From assembly GCF_006345805.1 (NCBI RefSeq), contig NC_043001.1:131998001-132062000 (forward strand): DNA of 64,000 nt. Reading direction: 5' to 3'. The DNA comes from Octopus sinensis (lineage: Eukaryota). The number at the start of each line of letters is the position of its first letter. Within the stretch, counting starts at the first letter, position 1. Positions 52,927 through 64,000 of this stretch are shown here, piece by piece. Both the position numbers and the translations under genes were made by a program. The notes under the pieces are model-generated. The model saw only the letters and a program-made list of their open reading frames with translations. It was not told the DNA's origin and searched no databases.

Positions 52927-53400
52927 CAAGTTGGAGAACTATTACTCATACATCCCATTTTAGAAGCCCTTCCTGGAAGCAATCACTTTACAGAGTATAC
53001 TAAGTGCATTTTATCATGACACCAACACTAAAGAGGTTGTCACGTTCTTTGACTACACTAAATTAGTGTTCTCCACTTTGTTGTTTTTGTTTGTTTACAA
53101 AGCACTTTACAGAGTGCACTGGTGCACTTCATTACACCTCCTGCACTTTCAAGCAGCACAGTGTTACATGTGAGAAGATAGACATGCATACACATATGCA
53201 TTCACACATACACTGACGTCTCATTCTGACAACTTAGCCTAAAGTTATGCCTAACTGAGTTAACCTATGTGCAAAGGTGTTCCAGTAATTATCATCATTT
53301 TGAATGGTCTTATTTTCAGGCATGATATAGCCATTGTATTTTTAATAGTTTTGATGGAGATTTGCTTGTTCTATCAAGCAGGTTGAGTGCTGATTTTGAG

Positions 53401-53628
53401 CAGTGATTTGCAACATAGGACATATGCCCCACTAGTGGGGCTTAGGAAAATTGTGGTGAGGAGTAGGACCCCAAATTTTCTCTTTTATTTTTGTGAGACA
53501 TGGAATTGTGAAAATCTTTCTTTTACAACAAAGCAAACTATACCTATGTTTTTCCAGCCACCAGTGGGGAATTGATCTTTCTGGCAAGTTGTAATGGGGC
53601 CCGAGAGAAAATAGATTAGGAAACACTG
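53401..53628. mobile_element. Possible old hAT-type MITE
   Basis: cagtgatttgcaac and ggaaacactg ends, internal ggggccc; TSD only partial. Confidence 0.3.
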
Positions 53629-56102
53629 ATTTAGAAGCTCTATTACTGTCTTGAGGCTTTAAAGTTTAAATCTCATTTCAATTTACATGTAATAGGTGAA
53701 AATATAGTTACTTAATTTTGTTGGAAATCTTAAGCTGGAGTCTAACACAATAGGATCACAGATAAACATCATCAGATGACACGCTGCATTGGTTTATCAT
53801 TTTTATATTGAGCCCTCGGTGATACACTGTACTGCTTAATCAAATCTAATGGGTTTTTTTTATCCGTCTTGAGGGTTGAAATCATTTGCAAATTAAGATA
53901 TTTTAAGATTTGTTTCAGTTGTTGTGGTAATAACTGATTTCTTTTAATCAGGATCACAATGTAATTATAGAGGATAAAATACACTTGTTCAATTAACTGA
54001 CCGACTCCTGTGTGTTGTCTACACTTATTCTATTTTCAATTGTAGAAAGATGAAAGATAAACTTGTCTGTATTCAGATGAGAAACCATATCGGAGAGGAA
54101 TAACAACAAAAATGCAACATCTTGGTTTGTTGATCTTCTGCTTCTCTCACACAGATGTCTCATCATGACACTAATTTTTTAAATTATTATTTATATGAAA
54201 TATATCTCTAACAATATTACAACTGAAAGATCTGTTTCTTTAATTTTCTCTACCCGTCTCTCTTTTCTTTGCCTTGCAGCCTTCTTGTTTCTCAATTGCC
54301 CTAAATTAGGCTAATTCTGTTCTACTTATCAATAACCGTTTCCTTTTCACCGTAACCTTAGGTGTATTAACACTGCCACAAGTAGAATGAAAATGAACAC
54401 TCGAAAATATCTCTTTTGATATAAATTTATACTGTATATGGTTTTATATACAGCCTGATAGCTTGACTAAATATAAGCCACTCAAGATATATTTGACAGG
54501 AAATTACTGGCGCTAATTTGCCAATCAACCCATTTGATGTCTAGCAGCTAAATATTATCTGAACACTGTTAATGCTTCTGAATTCCACAACAGGTTTTGT
54601 TTACTTTCTCTTTCTACTTATTATTGAACAAGATTAACCTCATATTTTCTGCTGACTTACATTTCTTTAGATCTAAAATTTTGTGCCATTTATTTCAAAT
54701 TAAAATTCTTTGTAGTTTTCAAGGACGATGTAAAAGAAAGGAAAAGTCAACGTCAAAAGGTGAGAAATAAAGAGTTTAAATATGTAATAAAAGACAGATA
54801 TGTGAAACATGGAATAGCTGGAAGGGAATGCACATAAATAACTGAAATAAAGAGAAGGAATTAAAGATAAATATGAAATGGGAGGCATGGGAAGTGAAAA
54901 GTAGAAGAGGGAAAAGATAAATTTGCTTAAGAGATAAGTAGGAAGATAAAGACAAAGAGAATGATAGAAAGTTTGATATAAGTAAAGAAGAAGGAAATGT
55001 AATATAGAGAAGAGGATTATTAAAGGAAACCTGAACAATACAATTATGTTGATAAATTTGTTTTACCACTATACGATGTGTTCTGTAGCATTTAAATAAT
55101 GGATGCTTTAAAAATTAAATGGCTGAATAGATAAATGCCATGCTGACAAATAAGAAACATTTCTAATCAAATATAGCAGGAATTCAGGATCATTGAACAT
55201 CATATAAATAAGAAGAAAGCAAACAATATATATATAAATTTAAATAGATTTATTTTACATCAAAACAAATACATTTCAAAGAATTTTAAAGAATCAACTT
55301 TGAGAAATATATAAATTGTAAAAATCAATAACAATAACTAAGGATAGTAAGACAATGAATGAAATTATTTGTTTTAAATAATTGTATATATTTTCAATTA
55401 TATTAATTTCAAATTAACCCAATTAATTATGATGACATTCGATTAAGGATTGGAGCTAAACCCTAACCCTAACTGACACTACTTTTGCTGAAAGCCAATT
55501 TTCTTGCAAGGCTTTTTAGATTGCAAACAATGTCAAGCACTAATTTAAAAGATTGACGGACTGAAATAGGAAATAAAAACTCAGTTTCAACACTGCACTT
55601 TAGGGAAATTTATATATATATATATATGCGTGCATATAGTCATAAAAATTGTATAATGACAAATTTCTTTATGGCAAAATCATTGAGAGCTGGTGTCCTT
55701 CTACCCTGCTTATTTGAAAATAGGATAAAATATGAAAGAAATTAGAAAATTTCATGGATAAATTTTGAAGAAGATACTTACTTCTGTGACACTAGATATT
55801 TTTTTCCCACATAATGCATATGCTAAACATTGTGATAGAATTGTGGCAGCCATTAAAACACATACACTTAGACATTATTTATCATTTATAATTTTAATAT
55901 CAGACATGATGGTAAGACTCCAACATGGCCACAGTCTAATAGCTAAAAGTAGTAAAAATGTAATTTAAAAAAAAAATACATCAGATTTCAATATGGTGAA
56001 GTGGAGTATCAGTGATCAAATCATAAATTTTCCATGAACCATGAAAAACTGTTACATAATAGCATTATTATATATATAACTATTATATACTGCTATGAGT
56101 AT

Positions 56103-56283
56103 AAGGCCTGAAATTTTGGGAGAGTAGGCAGTCAATTATATTGCCCCAGTGTTCAACTGGTACTTATTCTATCGATCCCGAAAGGATGACAGGCTGAGTT
56201 GACCTCAGCAGAATTTAAAGCTGGACAAAACAATGCTAAGCATTTTGTCCAATGAGCAAATGATCCTGTCAGTCTTCCACCTT
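56103..56283 (-). mobile_element. SINE family B, diverged
   Basis: actggtacttattctatcgatcccgaaaggatga...gttgacctc. Confidence 0.65.
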
Positions 56284-56335
56284 ATCATGCTATATTTAAT
56301 GACACTATTATATTACATAATATTGTTAGAAAATA

Positions 56336-56752
56336 TAGGCGCAGGAGTGGCTGTGTGGTAAGTAGCTTGCTAACCAACCACATGGTTCCGGGTTCAGTCC
56401 CACTGCGTGGCATCTTGGGCAAGTGTCTTCTGCTATAGCCCCGGGCTGACCAATGCCTTGTGAGTGGATTTGGTAGACAGAAACTGAAAGAAGCCTGTCG
56501 TATATATGTATATGTATATGTGTATGTGTGTGTGTTTGTGTATGTGTGTTTGTTCCCCTAGCATTGCTTGACAACCGATGCTGGTGTGTTTACGTCCCCG
56601 TCACTTAGCAGTTCGGCAAAAGAGACTGATAGAATAAGTACTGGGCTTACAAAGAATAAGTCCCAGGGTCGATTTGCTCGACTAAAGGTGGTGCTCCAGC
56701 ATGGCTGCAGTCAAATGACTGAAATAAGTAAAAGAGTAAAGAGAAAAGAGTA
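56336..56752 (+). mobile_element. SINE family A, full length
   Basis: High similarity to the other copies. Confidence 0.9.
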
Positions 56753-57095
56753 ATGTAAAACAGAATACAGCAGTGTGTATATTGTTTTAGGGGCTAACAC
56801 AATGCAATTTTTTGAGTTCTAACACAACACGATCCCAGATCAAATCACTTGTCAAACAAGCAAAACTCATGGAAAAAACATTGTTAAATATCAAGATACC
56901 ATCTAAATCAATATTTTGAATTCATTACAAAGTTAAGGCTGACATACGATAACATTAGCCATGGCCTGAATTTCACCTTTTCACATTTTTTTGCTCAATG
57001 AAGACGGTATTTCCTTGAAATCAAATGACAAATACTTTCATTTTACTTCAAATGCAATGCATTGGTGTATAGTAGGTCGGTTGTCTTTGGTTGTC

Positions 57096-57329
57096 TAAGG
57101 CGGCGAGCTGGCAGAAACGTTAGCACGCCGGATGAAATACTTAGCGGTATTTCGTCTGTCGTTACGTTGTGAGTTCAAATTCCGCCGAGGTTGACTTTGC
57201 CTTTCATCCTTTCAGGGTCGATAAATTAAGTACCAGTTACGCACTGGAGTCGATGTAATCGACTTAATCCGTTTGTCTGTACTTGTTTCTCCACTCTGTG
57301 TTTAGCCCCTTGTGGGTAGTAAAGAAATG
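57096..57329 (+). mobile_element. SINE family B monomer
   Basis: 15-bp TSD ggttgtctttggttg at 57079-57093 and 57330-57344. Confidence 0.9.
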
Positions 57330-57718
57330 GGTTGTCTTTGGTTGAAATATCATGACATACAGGCTAGGCATCTCCAATGTTATGGAAGTGTTGCATTTCT
57401 GAAAATTTTGGCATCATTACCAAATTTTATCATGTGAAATATATTTTCTGTTGACTTCCATGTAAAATAAAAATCTACGGAAAAGTGATTTCACATTAGT
57501 TAGGGCCTATTCTTCATTTTGTGAGAAAGTTACTTTGAATATGAAAGGGTTACATTCAGAGATTTAAAAAGAATTACAAACAACATATTTATTGCAGTAT
57601 TACATGAGTTAAGAAAATATTTAAATAGTCACTCAAACTCCTGATATAACAGCTGCCACATCTCCCTCATATCACATGGTATCAGCTGATAACTGAAAAC
57701 ATTGAATAATATGGTTCT

Positions 57719-58050
57719 AGGTGGGTCGGTGGTTAGAGCGTCGAGCTTACAATCGTGAGGTTGTGAGCTCGAATCCCAGACCGGGCTGTGTGTTGTGTTC
57801 TTGAGCAAGACACTTTATTTCACGTTGCTCCAGTTCACTCAGCTGTAGAAATGAGTTGCGATGTCACAGGTGCCAAGCTGTATTGGCCCCTTTGCCTTTC
57901 CCTTGGATAACACTGGTGGCATGGAGAGGGGAGGCCGGTATGCATGGACGACTGCTGGTCTTCCATAAAAAACAACCTTGCCTAGACTTCTGCCTCAGAG
58001 GGTGGCTCTATGGGTGCAAACCCATGGTCAGTGTCTGACCGAAGGCGGTC
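57719..58050 (+). mobile_element. SINE family C
   Basis: Reverse complement of the 52587 copy. Confidence 0.85.
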
Positions 58051-58986
58051 ACCACCAGATATGCAAGCTCTAAAAATAAGATGGGATAATCCTGACTAGA
58101 AGCTTTTGAACCTGGATTTGCTTGAACAGGGCTGATCTGGTAGTTAGAAAAGAGCAACAACTACAGCCTTACACTGTGATAACAAAATATATAATAAAAC
58201 AAATTTTGTAAGGGTATCATCACTGACAGTGAACTGGAGGCTGAAATACTTCTGTAGCTACTTTATGAAAGAACAGGTAAGAGAGAGCTAATGAGATGGA
58301 TCATAGCAGAAGCACTCAGATCACAGCCTAGTTTCAAACAATCTCATCACCATCAAACTAAAATAGATTCACTTTGAGCAAACTATAGTCAGTTGCAATG
58401 GTTAAATGAAACAATTAGAAAATTTTGTGTGATCAACTCGACAAGAATTCAAAATAGAAAAAGTAAATAATTCTTCAAGGAATCACAAAATACTATAAAA
58501 AGAAAATATGAGAGACACACTGGATAGTGTGGTGCTAAATATATTATGACAAAAAAATGGAAAATATCAGAGAGGTCATGGTTGGAACAATTTTCGACAC
58601 AAGTCTGCTTGAACAATGTTGACCTGTGGATAAACAACAAACGCTTTGAGCAGTTTTATTTAAAAAAAATTTGATCATAAACAAAAATAGAAGTAATACT
58701 TAGACAATAACTGTTAATGATGTATTGTAAAAATGCATATACAAATTCATGTAAAACACTAAAAAAATCAATATTGATTCTTTATTTCTGACTAAATAAA
58801 CCAGAAATTGGGACACAAAATACAATGTACTTATTTTTAAATTCTTCACAAAAATATGCAATGGGCTCTTAAAACAGTACAAATACCAAAATAGTGATAG
58901 TATTAAACAATTTTAGTTCATAGAATCAACATTAAAGAATAGTCTTTCTCATATTAAAATATAATTCAAAACACAAACACACAATG

Positions 58987-59025
<39 letters not shown>

Positions 59026-59089
59026 ATGTATATACAAGTATACATATTCATACACATACATGAACAGATAAACAGATATAAATACATAC

Positions 59090-59137
<48 letters not shown>

Positions 59138-59376
59138 TATATATACATGTATAAGTACTCACACACACATGCGTATATGTATTCATAATATTTTTAAGGG
59201 ATATGTTTTTTAATATTTCACCTATATTGTTTCATATAATTATATTTTTCCACGTATTTTGTATAAATTACTAATGTTGTTGATTATTAAGGAAAAGGAG
59301 TCACATTGTAAAAAAATAATTCTGTCAGATCAGATACACTTTGGTTTCATCATGCAAGAATGCAGATGCAGGTGTG

Positions 59377-59413
<37 letters not shown>

Positions 59414-59414
<1 letters not shown>

Positions 59415-59592
59415 GGGAGGATTCACAAAAAAACAAAAGATGAAGACAGGTGGTGTAGACAACAAACAGATGTATTAGTATAACACTCAAGAAGTGAAGA
59501 AGTCTTTAATGTTTCGAGCCTATGCTCTTCCAAAGAAAGGAACACAAAAAGAAACAAAGAGAGAAAATAAAGAATGTGTAGTGGCTAGCGAT
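59414..59592 (-). mobile_element. Family F repeat, second copy
   Basis: Inverted homolog of about 2790-2958. Confidence 0.6.
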
Positions 59593-59598
59593 ATATAT

Positions 59599-59638
<40 letters not shown>

Positions 59639-60273
59639 TATATATATATCATTATATATAATGTGTGTAAATATACATATTACTAACAATAATCTAATGA
59701 TAATTCAATGAGTGCATGCAGAATAGCAAGAATTCGGACAATAAAGTACCTATTCATTTTCAGTAGGTTCTTGTAGATTCAAACAAAATGAGGATGAACG
59801 GATACATAATTCTTTGGATTCTGACTGTTTTGCCTGCAGCTCATGAATTATTGTCTCTTTGACAGACATCAGCGTGCATCAGCAAATAATTTTTTTACTG
59901 ATTCCTTTGTATAAAAGCTTTTGAGATTGTTAGATTCATCGGTCGAGTGTGGGTAACTTTCACCAAGGAAACAAACAATATGGTCCCCCTTGCACCAGTG
60001 AATCATTTGTGTTATATATCTGTGTGTATATATATATTATATATATATTATATATATGTGTGTATATACATGTATATAAGTATGTATATATATGTATGTA
60101 TATATGTATATATATATATATATGCATATATGTATATATATATTTATATATGTATGTATATATCTATATCTATATATATATATATGTATTTGTAATATAA
60201 TTTAAATTCCTCTATTTACATAATATTGAGGTCTCATTAATGCTTTTGTTGTCATACTATAACTATTAATATA

Positions 60274-60324
<51 letters not shown>

Positions 60325-60358
60325 CATATATATGTATGCATAAATATATGTATGTATG

Positions 60359-60422
<64 letters not shown>

Positions 60423-60818
60423 ACGTATATATATGTGTGTGTGTATATATATATATGTATATTGTAAATGTATGTATAATAATAATATAAGGGAAAATAA
60501 TACAGGGAAAATTTCAATTTAGTATTAAATCAAATTTCACAATATAAATATATGATATATATAAATTAGAGAAAAATCACTATTATGCAATTCAAACAAT
60601 GATAGATATAAACCTAATCATAAATACAAAATGAAATATATTTGAAAACATATAACTAGATTTCAAAAAGTACAAAAATGAATAAACAATATACAAGTAT
60701 ATATATATTTATGTATGTATGTATATATATATATGTATATATGTATGTATATATGTATATATATATATATGTGAATATACGTGTATATATACATAGGTGC
60801 ATATATATGTATGTATAT

Positions 60819-61121
60819 GTGAAGGCACATAGCTCAGTGGTTAGAGCGTTGAGCTAATGATCGTGATGTGAGTTTGAATCCTGGACCAGGCTGCGTGTTG
60901 TGTTCTTGAGCAACTTTGCTCCTGTTCACTCAGCTGTAGAAATGAGTTGATATGTCACAGGTGCCAAGCTGTATCTGCCTTTGCCTTTCCCTTGGATAAA
61001 ACCGGTGGCATGGAGAGGGAAAGCCAGTATGCATGGGTGACTGCTATTCTTCCATAAACAACCTTGCCCGGACTTATACCTGGGAGGGTAACTTTCTAGG
61101 TGCATTCCCATGGTCAGTCAT
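60819..61121 (+). mobile_element. SINE family C
   Basis: Matches the 52587 and 57719 copies. Confidence 0.85.
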
Positions 61122-61206
61122 GCATATATATATATACATATATATATATACATATATATTATATATATATATATATACATATATACATATACATATATAT
61201 TGATAC

Positions 61207-61240
<34 letters not shown>

Positions 61241-61433
61241 TATATATATATATATAAATGTGTATATATGTGTATATATGTATATATATATGTATATATA
61301 TATATGTATATATATATTATATATGTATGTATATATATATGTATATATACATATATATTATATATATGTATATGTATATATGTATATATATGTATATGTA
61401 TATATGTATGTATACGTATAGTATGTATATGCC

Positions 61434-61464
<31 letters not shown>

Positions 61465-61779
61465 ATAATATATATATATGTATCAATATATATGTATATG
61501 TATATATGTATATCTATGTATATATATGTATATTATATATATATATGTATATATATATATGCATATATACATATATCTATGTTTATGTATATGTATATAT
61601 ATATATATATATATATCTATGTATATATCTATATGTATATATGTATATATATATTGTGTGTGTCTTTATATATATATATGTATGTGTATATTTGTATATC
61701 TATATATGCATGTATATATGTATGTATACACGTATATATATACATATATATGTATATAGTATATATATATGTATATATG

Positions 61780-61819
<40 letters not shown>

Positions 61820-61883
61820 ATATATATATATATATAATATATATATATATATATGTATGTATGTATATCTATATGTATATATA
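61122..61883. repeat. About 760-bp degenerate (TA)/(TATG) tract
   Basis: Direct run; similar tracts at 59990-60480 and 63765-63955. Confidence 0.95.
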
Positions 61884-62083
61884 TGAGGGTATTGGTCTAG
61901 TGATTAATATGCTGCCCTCCTGATCACAGGATCATAGATTTTAACTCTAGAACCATGGAGTGCATTGTATTCTAGAGTAAAACGCTTCATCTTCAGTTGC
62001 TCTGTGAATACTTTAATATCTGACGTGTGGCACATTGTTCATCTGTACAGGCTGTCGATTTGATGAAGAGAATGAGCATACAT

Positions 62084-62404
62084 CAAAATACAGGTCCAGA
62101 TACTGCAACAGCTTGGTCTTCAGAGGACCACAGCTCTTTAACATCCTCCCTAAATGCCTGAGAGACTTACATGGTGTGGATGTGGGTTTCTTTAAAACTA
62201 AACTGGATCTCTTCTTGTCGGGAGTCCCAGATGAACCTACCTCACGACAGGAGACGCGGATGCGGGCAGCAGCATCGAACTCCCTTGTTGATCAAGTGCC
62301 ACGTATCAGAGGTGGATTCACAAATTAGAGTAGCTCATTCAGCGGTGGTGCCCCAGCATGACCGCTGCCTTCGGGCTAAAACATTTTTAAGGATTTAAGG
62401 ATTT
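62084..62404 (+). mobile_element. CR1-like LINE 3' end
   Basis: NSLVFRGPQLFNILPKCLRDL...FFKTKLDLFLSGVPDEP...RAAASNSLVDQ (stop 62326-62328); 8-bp tail (tttaagga)n; flanking atacat at 62078-62083 and 62405-62410. Confidence 0.85.
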
Positions 62405-62514
62405 ATACATGAATCACAAACATTTCATCTCTATAAACAAATCAACTGTACAGGTTGTTCAGCAAGAAATTGCAGAACTATCTTTTTTAGATCAGGAGAC
62501 TGTCATGAAACCTA

Positions 62515-62681
62515 TAGGCGCAGGAGTGGCTGTGTGGTAAGTAGCTTGCTTACGAACTACATGGTTCTGGGTTCAGTCCCACTGTGTGGCACCTTGGGCA
62601 AGTGTCTTCTACTATAGCCTCGGGCCGACCAAAGCCTTGTGAGTGGATTTGGTAGACGGAAACTGAAAGAAGACTGTCGTA

Positions 62682-62728
<47 letters not shown>

Positions 62729-62934
62729 ATGTTTGTGTGTCTGTGTTTGTCCCCCTAGCATTGCTTGACAACCGATGCTGGTGTGTTTATGTCTCCGCCA
62801 CTTAGCGGTTCGGCAAAAGAGACCGATAGATTAAGTACTGGGCTTACAAAGTATAAGTCCCGGGGACGAGTTGCTCGATTAAAGGCGGTGCTCCAGCATG
62901 GCCACAGTCAAATGACTGAAACAAGTAAAAAGAG
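62515..62934 (+). mobile_element. SINE family A, full length
   Basis: High similarity to the other copies. Confidence 0.9.
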
Positions 62935-63198
62935 AAAAAAAAAAAATTGCATATAAAATATATACATATAAACCATTAAGCTATCACTGGCAAAACTTCA
63001 AAGTCACTGTCGACAAAATTGTAATAGGTATAATGAGTTCTTTAATCAGTCAATATTTGATGTTTTGAAGTATTTGAAGGCATATGTTTTTAACATTATA
63101 TATAAATATAAATATGTAATATATATTAAACATATAAACATATATTCAGATAGATAGATATACATATGTATGTATTTATACATATATATAATAGAAAG

Positions 63199-63235
<37 letters not shown>

Positions 63236-63776
63236 TACATACGTACATACGTACATATACGTACATACATACATGCATGCATGCATATATGCATCAATCA
63301 AAAGTTGATAGTCTACTCTGAGTTTTGCCCCTGGCTGATCACGACTGTGCGAGAGAAAAAGTGACCTGCAGTACTTATAAAATTAGAGGGACATTAGATA
63401 CATCTGGATTGGTAGGGCTGTTAATTATAATTGTGATTCCTAATTTGAAATATTGGCTCCTTTTTCTTTTCCACAGTCATGATCAGCCAAGGGCAACTTA
63501 CAAAACAGACTGTTGTTTTTTAATAATAATAAAATATGTATCCACTCTATCCTACTCATTAAGTTCTGTATCAGATATGCATTTGCATTATGCAAAATAT
63601 ACATTTGTATGTATATTGTAACACTTAAATTATGATACACACATGCACACACACACACACACACTCACATATATCTGTGTATGTGTGTGTAGCTTGAGTA
63701 CAGAGTCAGTCATGTGTTATATCCAGATTAAACAAAATTCAAATTTAATATCTATATATAATTTATATATAATTTA

Positions 63777-63901
<125 letters not shown>

Positions 63902-63917
63902 ATGTACGTTAGTATAT

Positions 63918-63955
<38 letters not shown>

Positions 63956-64000
63956 GTTCCCTTTTGTCTCTTTCTCTTGTTAATCCATTGGAATTTAAAA

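Noticed and set aside
55455-55472. aaaccctaaccctaac as an interstitial telomere
   Set aside because: Only about two units; expected by chance or within old repeats
53772-59900. Further exon-like stretches (53772-53984, 54077-54124, 55781-55870, 58213-58276, 58580-58625, 59776-59845)
   Set aside because: Weak splice sites or in-frame stops; could not be chained into a recognisable protein

Overview
This window is repeat-dense, AT-rich eukaryotic genomic DNA, most likely from an octopus. That is inferred from the SINE families, Penelope/Dong/RTE retroelements and microsatellite load; no database search was possible. No host protein-coding exon could be identified with confidence, and almost every ORF in the supplied track is a microsatellite translation or a retroelement remnant. 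The content is at least five tRNA-derived SINE families (about 40 copies; letters A-E are working labels); non-LTR retrotransposon fragments (Penelope-like, Dong/R4, a second RLE-type element, RTE, CR1, L1/Tx1); Tc1/mariner, pogo/Tigger, hAT and Ginger-like DNA-transposon remnants; and long simple repeats. Main signals: (1) a non-coding 560-bp tandem unit carrying a type I hammerhead ribozyme motif and ending in a perfect 298-bp palindrome (51166-52117), a candidate retrozyme; (2) two further families of minimal hammerhead motifs with self-complementary stem III; (3) a CR1 LINE 3' end that shares a covarying stem-loop with the most abundant SINE; (4) an RLE-type LINE found twice inside (TACA)n, alongside a Dong element in (TAA)n; (5) many local inverted or templated duplications, one pair flanking a promoter-like segment. 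Coordinates were read by eye and may be off by a few bases.
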